The notes under the pieces were generated by a model that did not search any database, had not been told where the DNA came from, and saw nothing but the letters and a program-made list of their open reading frames with translations. DNA of 63,839 bases, taken from NCBI GenBank assembly GCA_007135095.1, contig SLJO01000077.1, positions 1 to 63,839 of the forward strand, in the 5' to 3' direction. The translations under genes and the position numbers were made by a program. This document shows positions 26,672 through 36,169 of this stretch, in pieces. Within the stretch, counting starts at the first letter, position 1. Each line of letters begins with the position of its first letter. Source of the DNA: Bacteroidales bacterium. GTDB lineage: Bacteria > Bacteroidota > Bacteroidia > Bacteroidales > PUMT01.

Positions 26672-29299
26672 ATGTTTATGAACTCCAATCAACTCCGCCT
26701 TGCTTTTTTGGATTTTTTCAGAAAAAAAAATCACCATATCGTTCCCTCTGCCCCCATCGTTGTCAAAAACGACCCCAGCCTGATGTTTACCAACGCCGGC
26801 ATGAATCAGTTCAAGGATATATTCCTTGGCAACATGCAGACCGAACATCCCAGGGTGGCCAATTCCCAAAAATGCCTGAGAGTGTCGGGAAAGCACAACG
26901 ACCTTGAGGAGGTTGGTCACGACACTTACCACCATACCATGTTCGAAATGCTTGGCAACTGGTCGTTTGGCGACTATTTCAAAGAAGATGCTATTAAATG
27001 GTCTTACGAATTTTTAGTAAAAGAGTTACAAATCCCCCAGGATCGTTTGTATGCCACTGTTTTTGAGGGCTATACTCCTGAAAACCTGGAGCCTGACCTT
27101 GATGCAAAGCAGTGGTGGAAAAAATACCTCCCCGAAGACCGCATCCTGACGGGCTCCAAAAAAGATAATTTCTGGGAAATGGGAGACACCGGGCCATGCG
27201 GCCCCTGCTCGGAAATACACATTGACATCCGTTCTGATCAGGAAAGAAAGGCCACTGACGGGGCTACCCTGGTAAACAACGATCACCCCGGCGTTATTGA
27301 AATCTGGAACCTGGTTTTCATCCAGCACAACAGGAAAGCCGACGGCAGCCTGGAGAAGCTTCCGATGCAGCATGTTGACACAGGAATGGGTTTTGAAAGG
27401 CTTTGCATGGTAGTGCAGAACAAGCAATCCAATTACGATACAGACCTGTTCCTGCCCCTGACAGATAAGATTGGCGCTTTAACCGGACTTCAATACGGAA
27501 CAGGTGGCAAAAGCGATATTGCAATGAGAGTGGTGGCCGACCATCTCCGTACGCTGGCCTTTTCAATTGCCGACGGACAAGTTCCTTCCAACAACAAGGC
27601 GGGGTATGTCATAAGGCGCATTCTCCGCAGGGCTGTCAGGTACGGGTACAGTTTCCTGGGGCAGTCAGCTCCTTTTATATACAAGCTGGTACCCGTGCTT
27701 GTGGATATTATGGGCGAAGCATACCCGGAACTGCCGGCACAGCAGAAATTTATCGAAAAAGTAATCGAGGAGGAAGAAAGTTCATTTCTTCGTACGCTGG
27801 AAACCGGAATTAAGATGCTTGACCAGGTAATTGCCAGGTCGGAATCTGAAATAATTGATGGTAAAAGTGCATTTGAACTCTACGACACCTACGGGTTTCC
27901 CCCTGACCTTACCCGGTTGATCCTCAAGGAAAAAGGATACACCTTTAACCACGAGGAGTTCACCAGGGAAATGGACGGGCAGAAAAGCCGGTCAAGGCAG
28001 GATGCCAGGGTTGAGGCGGGCGACTGGATTGTATTGAAAAACGTTTCAGGAGAAGATTTTGTAGGCTATGATGTAACCGAAGCAGAGGTTGAAATTACCC
28101 GGTACAGGAAAACGGTATCAAAAGGCAGTGAACTCTATCATCTGGTATTCGACAAAACGCCGTTCTATGCCGAAAGCGGAGGACAGGTTGGCGATACCGG
28201 CATGCTTTCCAATGAAACCGATCAAATAAGGATCATCAACACCATCAAGGAAAATGAACTTAATATTCATATTGCCGAGAAGCTGCCGGCAAATCCTGAA
28301 GGAAAGTTCAGGGCAGTTGTGGATGATGAAAAAAGGAAACTCACCGCAAACAACCATACGGCAACGCATCTCCTGCATGATGCATTGAGGAATATCCTGG
28401 GAAGCCATGTTGAACAAAAAGGTTCACTTGTTCACCATGAATATCTTCGTTTTGACTTTTCACATTTCCAGAAGCCCGGCGATGAAGAATTAACCAGGCT
28501 GGAAAATGAGGTTAACAGGATGATCAGGGAGAACCTTCCCAGAACCGAGCATAGGGATGTTCCTGTAGAAGAAGCAAGGGCTTCCGGTGCCATCTCCCTT
28601 TTCGGGGAAAAATACGGAAACAGGGTCCGTACCATCCGCTTCGGTAATTCCGTTGAGCTATGCGGGGGAATTCATGTTGAAAGAACAGGACAGATAGGCC
28701 TGTTCAAGATTGTTTCGGAATCGGCCATTGCTGCCGGCATCCGGAGGATCGAGGCAGTTACAGGTCCACGCGCCGAAGAGTGGGTCAATGAGCAGGCAGC
28801 CATGCTAAAGCAGATCAAAGCCCTTTTAAAAACCTCAGACGATCCCGTCAGGCCTTTGCAGCAGCTGATAAAGGACAAATCATCGCTGGAAAAGCAACTG
28901 GAAAAAATGAGCAAGGCTAAGGCTACGAACCTGAAGTCCATGCTGATGGAAAAAGTTCAAATGAAGGATGGCATAAATATAATCGCCGAGATCGTGGAGG
29001 CAGATTCTCCTGCCACGCTGAAGGACATCTCCTTCCAGCTGAAAGGCGAGCTGCCCGGCCTGTTTATGATCCTGGGATCGGAAATCTCGGGCAAGGCCCA
29101 TCTGGCAGTGATGATCTCGGAAGAGCTAACGCAAAAAGGCCTCAGGGCAGACCAGGTAATCGGCAAAATCTCCGGCCACATCAAGGGAGGCGGCGGCGGA
29201 CAATCATTTTTTGCCACTGCCGGAGGTAAAAACCCCGCCGGCATGGGCGCTGCAATAAACAGCGCACTGGATATTGCCAGGGGCACGCTGCAACCCTGA
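26672..29299 (+). CDS. alaS: Alanine--tRNA ligase
   Basis: LMFTNAGMNQFK, HHTMFEMLGNWSFGDYFK, DTGMGFER, NHTATHLLH, ELCGG.H, GGGG DHHA1 tail. Confidence 0.98.
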   Translation: MFMNSNQLRLAFLDFFRKKNHHIVPSAPIVVKNDPSLMFTNAGMNQFKDIFLGNMQTEHPRVANSQKCLRVSGKHNDLEEVGHDTYHHTMFEMLGNWSFGDYFKEDAIKWSYEFLVKELQIPQDRLYATVFEGYTPENLEPDLDAKQWWKKYLPEDRILTGSKKDNFWEMGDTGPCGPCSEIHIDIRSDQERKATDGATLVNNDHPGVIEIWNLVFIQHNRKADGSLEKLPMQHVDTGMGFERLCMVVQNKQSNYDTDLFLPLTDKIGALTGLQYGTGGKSDIAMRVVADHLRTLAFSIADGQVPSNNKAGYVIRRILRRAVRYGYSFLGQSAPFIYKLVPVLVDIMGEAYPELPAQQKFIEKVIEEEESSFLRTLETGIKMLDQVIARSESEIIDGKSAFELYDTYGFPPDLTRLILKEKGYTFNHEEFTREMDGQKSRSRQDARVEAGDWIVLKNVSGEDFVGYDVTEAEVEITRYRKTVSKGSELYHLVFDKTPFYAESGGQVGDTGMLSNETDQIRIINTIKENELNIHIAEKLPANPEGKFRAVVDDEKRKLTANNHTATHLLHDALRNILGSHVEQKGSLVHHEYLRFDFSHFQKPGDEELTRLENEVNRMIRENLPRTEHRDVPVEEARASGAISLFGEKYGNRVRTIRFGNSVELCGGIHVERTGQIGLFKIVSESAIAAGIRRIEAVTGPRAEEWVNEQAAMLKQIKALLKTSDDPVRPLQQLIKDKSSLEKQLEKMSKAKATNLKSMLMEKVQMKDGINIIAEIVEADSPATLKDISFQLKGELPGLFMILGSEISGKAHLAVMISEELTQKGLRADQVIGKISGHIKGGGGGQSFFATAGGKNPAGMGAAINSALDIARGTLQP

Positions 29300-29349
29300 C
29301 GGTTTGTGCCGGTCAAGTCGCAGGGCAGGAAGGGATGCTGGCAGGACCG

Positions 29350-30798
29350 TTAATTCCTGCCCCTTGCTATCAGCAGGAGTCCGGCAAAAGTAATCAGCCC
29401 GTTCACCAGCAGCAGTTCATAACCGAACCGGTAACCGCCCAGCAGGGCCTGTGAGTTGGCATCCAGCAGCCAGGTAAGCAAAGGCGAAGCCACAGCCACC
29501 AGTGGCACCAGCCTGTCCCTTACATTCAGCCTGGTAAATATGCCAAATGAATATAATCCAAGCAGCGGGCCGTAAGTATATCCTGCAACAGTGAAAAGGG
29601 CCCCTATAACGCTCTGGTCATTCAGTATCCTGAAAAATACAATCACCAGTCCGAGAACCACAGCCATAAGAGCATGAACGATGGTCCTTGTCCTGACAAG
29701 CCTGGATTCCGGCAGTGAACCAGCATCGAGGATGTCAATGGTAAAGGAGGTGGTCAGCGCTGTCAGGGTGGAGTCGGCGCTTGAATATGTTGCAGCCACG
29801 AGTCCGACTATAAAAAACACGGTTATATAGGCTGGCAGATACCCCTGGGTGGCAATAACGGGAAACAGGTCATCGGCTCTTTCGGGAATGGCAATGCCCT
29901 CACGGGTGGCGAAAACAAGCAGCAAAACTCCCAGCGAGAGAAGCAGAAGCTTAACTGGAATCAGTGTGATGCTGAACCAGTACATATTCTTCTTAGCCTC
30001 TGAAATATTCCTGCAACTCAGGTTCTTCTGCATCATGTCCTGATCCAGGCCTGTCATAACGATGGCAATAAATATCCCTCCCACAAACTGTTTGGCAAAA
30101 TGGCGGCTGTCTTTGAAATCGTCAAGAAAGAACACCCTTGAATAGTCACTTTCATAAATCACGCGCACCACTCCTGAAAAACCCAGCTGTAGCTCACCGG
30201 CAACAGCCCATACCGTGGCCCCGGCGGCGACCAGCATAAAAAGGGTCTGCAGCAAGTCAGTCCAGATAATGGTTTTTATGCCCCCCCTGAAGGTATACAG
30301 CCAGATTAACGTAATGGTCATTGCCACCGTTCCGTAAAACGGTATTGCCCATGCATCCGAAACGGTTATCTGCAGTACGCTGGCCATAAGATAAACCCTG
30401 AAAGAGGTACCTGTAAGCCGGGATAAAAGAAAAAACACGGCTCCGGTTTTATAGGAACTTGTGCCAAACCTTATTTTCAGGTAAGAGTAAATCGATGTCA
30501 GATTCAGCCGGTAGTAAAGCGGCATAAGGATGTTTGCTATAATAAAGTAGCCCACCAGGAAGCCAAGCACCATCTGCATGTATGAAAAGCTGCTCTCACC
30601 CACCCATCCAGGTATGGAGATAAAGGTAATGCCCGAGAGGGTGGCACCGATCATGCCAAAGGCCACAACATACCAGGGAGATTCCCTGTTTGCCAGAAAA
30701 AATGCAGCACTGCCCCTGTCCTTTCCGGTAAACCATGAAATCACGAAAAGGAGCATAAAGTATGCGAATACAATGCTGATAACTAAAAAAGGAGCCAT
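29350..30798 (-). CDS. Sodium:solute symporter (SSS family)
   Basis: FFLANR, S..TFIS.PG, GGIKTIIWTD..Q, DQDMMQK.L, about 13 hydrophobic segments. Confidence 0.92.
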   Translation of the reverse strand: MAPFLVISIVFAYFMLLFVISWFTGKDRGSAAFFLANRESPWYVVAFGMIGATLSGITFISIPGWVGESSFSYMQMVLGFLVGYFIIANILMPLYYRLNLTSIYSYLKIRFGTSSYKTGAVFFLLSRLTGTSFRVYLMASVLQITVSDAWAIPFYGTVAMTITLIWLYTFRGGIKTIIWTDLLQTLFMLVAAGATVWAVAGELQLGFSGVVRVIYESDYSRVFFLDDFKDSRHFAKQFVGGIFIAIVMTGLDQDMMQKNLSCRNISEAKKNMYWFSITLIPVKLLLLSLGVLLLVFATREGIAIPERADDLFPVIATQGYLPAYITVFFIVGLVAATYSSADSTLTALTTSFTIDILDAGSLPESRLVRTRTIVHALMAVVLGLVIVFFRILNDQSVIGALFTVAGYTYGPLLGLYSFGIFTRLNVRDRLVPLVAVASPLLTWLLDANSQALLGGYRFGYELLLVNGLITFAGLLLIARGRN

Positions 30799-30927
30799 TC
30801 CCGTAATTATTGAAATTTTTCAGGGCACAATAATCCCGATTAAGAATGCAAGGTTACATAAAAAATTAAAAAGGAGTTATGCGCAGCGGCTGATCAATCA
30901 ATTTTTGGTTATGCCCTTTATAGATGT

Positions 30928-30935
30928 TAATTTTG
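30928..30935 (+). promoter_or_regulatory. -7 promoter element (TAATTTTG) for recR
   Basis: TAnnTTTG match ~20 bp upstream of the recR GTG start. Confidence 0.6.
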
Positions 30936-30955
30936 CAAGGTAAAAATAACTAAAG

Positions 30956-31594
30956 GTGAATACTGATAATTATCCATCCAGGCTGCTTGAAGCGGCAACC
31001 TCCGAATTTGCAAGCCTTCCCGGCATAGGGAAAAAAACGGCCCTCAGGCTCGTTTTGCACCTGCTTAAACAGGATTTGGCTGATGTTGAAAAATTCTCTT
31101 CGTCCATCCTGCAACTTAAAAAAGAGATCAGGCACTGCAAATCCTGCCATAATATTTCAGATACTGATATTTGTAATATCTGCGCCAGCGCCAAACGTGA
31201 TCATTCGATAATATGTGTGGTTGAGAACATAAAAGACGTAATGTCCATAGAGAATACCCACCAGTATTCAGGCGTATACCACGTCCTGGGCGGTATAATA
31301 TCTCCCATGGACGGAACAGGTCCGGGAGACCTGAACATAAAATCCCTGGAGGAAAAGGTTGCCGCGGGCAATGTGAAGGAAATAGTTCTTGCCCTTAGCA
31401 CAACCATGGAAGGGGACACCACTAATTTTTACATATACCGCAAGCTTCAGAAATATCCGCTCACCATTTCCATAATTGCAAGGGGCGTTTCTATCGGCGA
31501 CGAACTGGAATACGCCGACGAAGTTACCCTGGGAAGGTCTATTGCCAACAGGACCCTTTTCGAGGCTTCCTTTAATGGCGGAAAAACCGGATAA
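30956..31594 (+). CDS. recR: Recombination mediator RecR
   Basis: [11 protein letters not shown] HhH, C4 zinc finger, YHVLGG.ISP, EGDTT, IARG, LEYAD..TL. Confidence 0.97.
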   Translation: MNTDNYPSRLLEAATSEFASLPGIGKKTALRLVLHLLKQDLADVEKFSSSILQLKKEIRHCKSCHNISDTDICNICASAKRDHSIICVVENIKDVMSIENTHQYSGVYHVLGGIISPMDGTGPGDLNIKSLEEKVAAGNVKEIVLALSTTMEGDTTNFYIYRKLQKYPLTISIIARGVSIGDELEYADEVTLGRSIANRTLFEASFNGGKTG

Positions 31595-31816
31595 AACCGG
31601 CCGCCGTCCAATGCCGTTTTTCCTGCCTGCCAGGCAAAGCGCACCGGCAAAAACATTGCCAGGGAGGAAGCATATAAAAACTTAATTATTTCTTATCAGG
31701 GGGTTTTTGATTAAAACCCGCCAAAATATTTGCTGTTGACCTTTACAATTTGCAATTTCGTATAGTAAATAACTTATTCTTTTCCTGCCGGTCAAAATAT
31801 TTTAAAAAATGATCCC

Positions 31817-33028
31817 ATGGTAAGCGATTTGAATGAAATCTTCAACAGGCAGATCAGCTCCCGTAAAAAATCTGCCATCAGGGAGGTGCTTAAACTAACC
31901 CAGCGTCAGGATATTATTTCATTTGCCGGGGGGTTGCCTTCACCCGAGTCCTTTCCGGTTGAAGAACTGAGGAGGATAGTATGTGAATTATTCGACTCTG
32001 ATGATGCACAACATGCGCTGCAATATGGTATTACCGAGGGGGAAGTCCATCTAAGGGAGCTGCTGGTTGAAAGATACCGCAAGCAGGGTTTGAAAATAGG
32101 AATTGAAAATCTTATCATCACAACCGCCTCCCAGCAGGCGCTTGATCTGCTTCCCAAGATATTCATAAATCCCGGCGACAAAATTATCTGCGGACTGCCG
32201 TCATACCTGGGAGGAATAAGCGCATTCAGCTTTTATGGCGCAGGACTGGAAGGCATCAGGCTGGATAAAAGTGGAATGAGACCAGACCTTCTGGAAGAAA
32301 AACTGAAAAAGATGAAGGCCTTCGGTGAAAAGCCGAAATTTATATACACCATACCCGATTTTCAGAATCCTGCAGGAATAACAATGCCTGAATCAAGAAG
32401 GCAGGAAATACTTGACATTGCCCGCAAATATGACATCCTCATAGTGGAAGACAGCCCATACCGCGAACTGAGGTTCGAGGGCAAGCCCAGGAAAATGATT
32501 TATGCCATGGATAATACCGGACAGGTAATATCCATCGGGACATTTTCAAAGATCCTTGCCCCGGGATTCAGAATAGGGTGGATGATCGCCAACGAGGCCA
32601 TAATCGACAAGCTGGTTATTGCAAAACAGACTGCAGACCTCTGCACTTCTCCCTTTGTGCAAAAAATTGCAGCCAGGTATATAGAAACAGGCATCTTCGA
32701 TACCCATCTGGTGAAGATCAGGGATATGTACCATGAAAAAAGGGATATAATGATATCGGCACTGAAGGAATACATGCCGGCAGGCGTCAGCTGGACAGAA
32801 CCCGAGGGAGGGCTGTTCCTGTTTCTTACCCTTCCGGTCCATATTGAAGCAGAAGATCTTTTCATGCAGGCCATCGAGGAAAAGGTTGCCTTTGTTCCGG
32901 GAAATGTTTTCTATTGTGACGGAAGCGGAAGGAACACCCTCAGGCTGAACTTCTCTTTTGCCTCAAAAGACATGAATGTTGAAGGCATAAGGAGACTTGC
33001 AAAGGCTATCGGAAAAAATCTCGCATAG
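31817..33028 (+). CDS. Class I/II PLP aminotransferase (LysN/2-aminoadipate transaminase-like)
   Basis: ISFAGGLP, LQYG.TEG, SQQALDL, FQNP.G, EDSPY, FSKILAPG.R.GW, LRLNFS. Confidence 0.9.
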   Translation: MVSDLNEIFNRQISSRKKSAIREVLKLTQRQDIISFAGGLPSPESFPVEELRRIVCELFDSDDAQHALQYGITEGEVHLRELLVERYRKQGLKIGIENLIITTASQQALDLLPKIFINPGDKIICGLPSYLGGISAFSFYGAGLEGIRLDKSGMRPDLLEEKLKKMKAFGEKPKFIYTIPDFQNPAGITMPESRRQEILDIARKYDILIVEDSPYRELRFEGKPRKMIYAMDNTGQVISIGTFSKILAPGFRIGWMIANEAIIDKLVIAKQTADLCTSPFVQKIAARYIETGIFDTHLVKIRDMYHEKRDIMISALKEYMPAGVSWTEPEGGLFLFLTLPVHIEAEDLFMQAIEEKVAFVPGNVFYCDGSGRNTLRLNFSFASKDMNVEGIRRLAKAIGKNLA

Positions 33029-33060
33029 AAAGGCGCAACATCAAAACCGGATCCTTTTTT

Positions 33061-33068
33061 TATCTTTG
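33061..33068 (+). promoter_or_regulatory. -7 promoter element (TATCTTTG) for the GT2 gene
   Basis: TAnnTTTG match ~38 bp upstream of ATG 33106. Confidence 0.6.
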
Positions 33069-33105
33069 CAACAACGGTTTTGCAACAGCATATGTATAAC
33101 ACTGG

Positions 33106-34338
33106 ATGAAGCTTTCGGTAATCATAGTAAGCTACAATGTCAAAAACTTCCTGGAGAACTGCCTTTATTCTGTCAGGAAAGCAGCCTTTGGGATTGACGC
33201 AGACATTTTTGTTGTTGACAATAACTCTGCAGATGGCTCAGCCGACATGGTAGAAGAAAAGTTTGCCGGTGTCACCCTTATCAGGAACACGGCCAACCTG
33301 GGATTTTCCAAAGCCAACAACCAGGCTCTTCCCTATGCAAAAGGGGAATATATCCTCTTCCTTAATCCCGATACCCTTGTCGGGGAAACAACTTTCAGGG
33401 AATGTATTGACTTTATGGACCGCCATCCTGATGCCGGCGCCATGGGTGTGAGAATGAATGACGGGAAGGGGAAGTTCCTTCCCGAGTCAAAAAGGTCAAT
33501 ACCAACTCCAATGGTGGCTTTTTACAAGATCGGCGGACTGGCAAGCATGTTCCCCCGTTCAGAAATCTTTGGCAGGTATTATCTTGGGCATCTTGATAAA
33601 GACAAGACGCACGAGATAGAAGTGCTCACCGGTGCCTTCTTCTTTGCCAGGAAAGAGGCACTGGACAGGACAGGATGGTTCGACGAGGACTTTTTCATGT
33701 ATGGGGAAGATATAGACCTCTCGATACGCCTGCTTAAGAATAACTACCGCCTGTGGTATTACCCCGGAACCTCCATAACGCATTACAAGGGAGAAAGTAC
33801 ACGCAAGTCGAGCATTAATTATGTGCTGGTCTTCTACCGGGCAATGATAATATATTCAAGAAAGCATTTTGACCCGGGCGGCACATTCATGCTTCTCTTA
33901 CTGCTTTATATTGCCATATGGTTTCGTGCCGGACTGTCAATTTCAGGAAGGGTTATCAGGCGCAGTATACTGCCTACCCTGGATGCCGGCATCATCTGCG
34001 CCGGTTACCTGCTGATACCGTCAAAATGGGAGGCTCAGCTTTCCCTGACGGGGGGGGTGTATCCTGAAGAAAGCCGGTTGGTTCTTATCCCGGCGCTTAT
34101 CCTGGTATGGGTCGTCTCCATTTACCTGACGGGAGGCTACAGGAACCCTCCCGATATATCCGCGGCACTGCGGGGACTTTTTTACGGAAGCGTGGCGATT
34201 TTGCTTGTCTATGCAATGCTTAACACCGACTGGTACGTGAAAATAGCAACGATACTCCCGCTTGCTGTTTTGACAGCGCTTATTGCCAGCCTTGCAAGGA
34301 TGCTTCTTTTATACCTGAAGATCCCCGGCAGCAGGTAG
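33106..34338 (+). CDS. Family 2 glycosyltransferase with C-terminal TM helices
   Basis: SVIIVSYN, VVDNNS.DGS, GFSKANN, LNPD, FDEDFFMYGEDIDL, HYKGES. Confidence 0.9.
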   Translation: MKLSVIIVSYNVKNFLENCLYSVRKAAFGIDADIFVVDNNSADGSADMVEEKFAGVTLIRNTANLGFSKANNQALPYAKGEYILFLNPDTLVGETTFRECIDFMDRHPDAGAMGVRMNDGKGKFLPESKRSIPTPMVAFYKIGGLASMFPRSEIFGRYYLGHLDKDKTHEIEVLTGAFFFARKEALDRTGWFDEDFFMYGEDIDLSIRLLKNNYRLWYYPGTSITHYKGESTRKSSINYVLVFYRAMIIYSRKHFDPGGTFMLLLLLYIAIWFRAGLSISGRVIRRSILPTLDAGIICAGYLLIPSKWEAQLSLTGGVYPEESRLVLIPALILVWVVSIYLTGGYRNPPDISAALRGLFYGSVAILLVYAMLNTDWYVKIATILPLAVLTALIASLARMLLLYLKIPGSR

Positions 34339-34449
34339 CACGATTTGGCCACCATGGATAAAAATCACATCATACCGGGATTGTAATTTGAACAGTTTCC
34401 GGTAAATTTTGTTGCATTTCGGGTATCTTACTAACACAATAGCCCCGTC

Positions 34450-35925
34450 ATGGCAAAAATTGAACTTGTACTGCCCGCTATGGGCGAAGGAATAATTGAG
34501 GCTACCATTACCAGATGGCTCATCAGCGAAGGCAGCATGGTTGAAGAAGATCAGCCCCTGCTGGAAATTGCCACAGACAAGGTTGATTCCGAAATACCTT
34601 CCCCCGTCAAGGGTATTGTTTCAAAAATTATGATGAAGGAGGGCGAAGTGCCTTCGGTAGGGGATATTCTTGCAGTCATTGAAACACAGGAGGAAGCTGA
34701 AAGTCCCAAACCAAAGGATGTTCACCACAAAGCCGAACCCGTTACAGCTGCTCCGGCAGAACCTGATGATGATCCTGATGACAAAACCACCAAAAAGCAG
34801 GCGCAGGAATTCCCGAGGCAAACACCATCGGGGAAATTCTTAACCCCCCTGGTCAGAAACATTGCCCGGGAAGAAAATGTTACCGCCGGGGAGCTTGACG
34901 GAATAAAGGGAAGTGGCGAAGGCGGAAGAATTACCAAGGATGATATACTGAAGTACCTGGAAAGCAGGACTTCAGAAAAGCCGGGTGAAGGCGCCACTGC
35001 CGGTGAAGTCAGAAAAGGAAGTCCGGAAGAAGAAAAGGGTCCTGTTGCCGGTAAAGTCAGAAAAGAAGAAAAGGGTCCGGTTGCCGGTGAAGTCAGCAAA
35101 GAACAGCAGGGGCAGCCGGTTGACGGTGATTCAGACAGCGAGTCCCGGATCGCGGCAGAATCACAGGAAGAGGAACAGGCAGGGAAAAGGGAAACATCCG
35201 GTAAAGCACTGGAAGAGGGCGACAGGATTTTAGCCATGGACCGCAAGAGGATGCTTATTGCCAGCCATATGGTCAGTTCAAAACGCACCTCGGCGCATGT
35301 TACCTCATTTATAGATGCAGATGTTACCGACCTGGTCAGGTGGAGGGAGGCCAACAAGCAGGGCTTCCAGGATCGTGAAAAACAAAACCTTACGTATACC
35401 CCGGTTTTTATCGAAGCATCAGCAAGGGCACTCAGGGATTTCCCCATGGTAAATATTTCCGTAGAGGGAACAAACATAATAGTTAAAAAAAGGATAAACA
35501 TAGGGATGGCAGTTGCTTTGCCTGACGGGAACCTTATTGTGCCGGTAATAAGTAATGCCGATGAAAAAAACCTGTTCGGCCTGGTTAAGATCGTTAATGA
35601 CCTTGCACACAGGGCAAGGTCCGGAAAGCTTCAGCCGCATGAAATATCAGGTGGCACATTCACGGTGACCAATTTCGGTTCTTTCAAAAACACTACCGGT
35701 ACTCCCGTAATCAACCAGCCTGAGGTTGCAATCCTGGGTACAGGGGCCATTGTAAAAAAACCGGTTGTTCTGGAAACAGCCCAGGGCGATGTCATTGCAA
35801 TAAGGCACATTATGACGCTTTCGCTCTCCTACGATCACCGGGTGGTTGATGGTGCACTCGGGGGAAAATTTCTGAGGCGGATCTCAGAGTACCTCGAAAG
35901 CTTCGATCCGGGAAGGAAAATATAA
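34450..35925 (+). CDS. 2-oxo-acid dehydrogenase E2 (dihydrolipoamide acyltransferase, probably branched-chain type)
   Basis: Lipoyl motif ATDKVDSE, E3-binding GSG.GGRITK.D, catalytic SYDHRVVDG. Confidence 0.93.
   Translation: MAKIELVLPAMGEGIIEATITRWLISEGSMVEEDQPLLEIATDKVDSEIPSPVKGIVSKIMMKEGEVPSVGDILAVIETQEEAESPKPKDVHHKAEPVTAAPAEPDDDPDDKTTKKQAQEFPRQTPSGKFLTPLVRNIAREENVTAGELDGIKGSGEGGRITKDDILKYLESRTSEKPGEGATAGEVRKGSPEEEKGPVAGKVRKEEKGPVAGEVSKEQQGQPVDGDSDSESRIAAESQEEEQAGKRETSGKALEEGDRILAMDRKRMLIASHMVSSKRTSAHVTSFIDADVTDLVRWREANKQGFQDREKQNLTYTPVFIEASARALRDFPMVNISVEGTNIIVKKRINIGMAVALPDGNLIVPVISNADEKNLFGLVKIVNDLAHRARSGKLQPHEISGGTFTVTNFGSFKNTTGTPVINQPEVAILGTGAIVKKPVVLETAQGDVIAIRHIMTLSLSYDHRVVDGALGGKFLRRISEYLESFDPGRKI
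35029..35100 (+). repeat. In-frame 36-bp tandem duplication in the E2 linker
   Basis: 35029-35064 and 35065-35100 encode EEKGPVAGKVRK / EEKGPVAGEVSK; partial earlier copy at 34999-35016. Confidence 0.9.
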
Positions 35926-35969
35926 AAACTACCCACAGCAGGGGTTGCCATTTTTATTTACCACTCCCC

Positions 35970-35994
35970 CCCTTCACTTGAAGGGTTTTTTTTT
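35970..35994 (+). terminator. Intrinsic terminator after E2
   Basis: CCCTTC-actt-GAAGGG followed by T9, 45 bp after the stop codon. Confidence 0.7.
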
Positions 35995-36025
35995 AACTTT
36001 ATATATCGTAAATTGTACCCGCAAA

Positions 36026-36044
36026 CCGGTTGAATTTCAACCGG
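36026..36044. promoter_or_regulatory. Perfect 19-bp palindrome, candidate operator
   Basis: CCGGTTGAA-T-TTCAACCGG, ~125 bp upstream of the PD40 gene. Confidence 0.4.
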
Positions 36045-36169
36045 ATTATGGTCATAAAGTTTATATTTAAGTATTCACTCTCATGGAGCCCAATGGCATC
36101 ATTAAAAAACAGATCAGGTACGGTTCGATGGGTTAGTTACATGGCATTGATCAGTTTTATTGGCATTGC

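Noticed and set aside
34722-35501. Long antisense ORFs (259 aa here; also 46622-47341, 47606-48454, 17612-18229, 21424-22032)
   Set aside because: They lie opposite well-supported genes and have no motifs; typical shadow ORFs.
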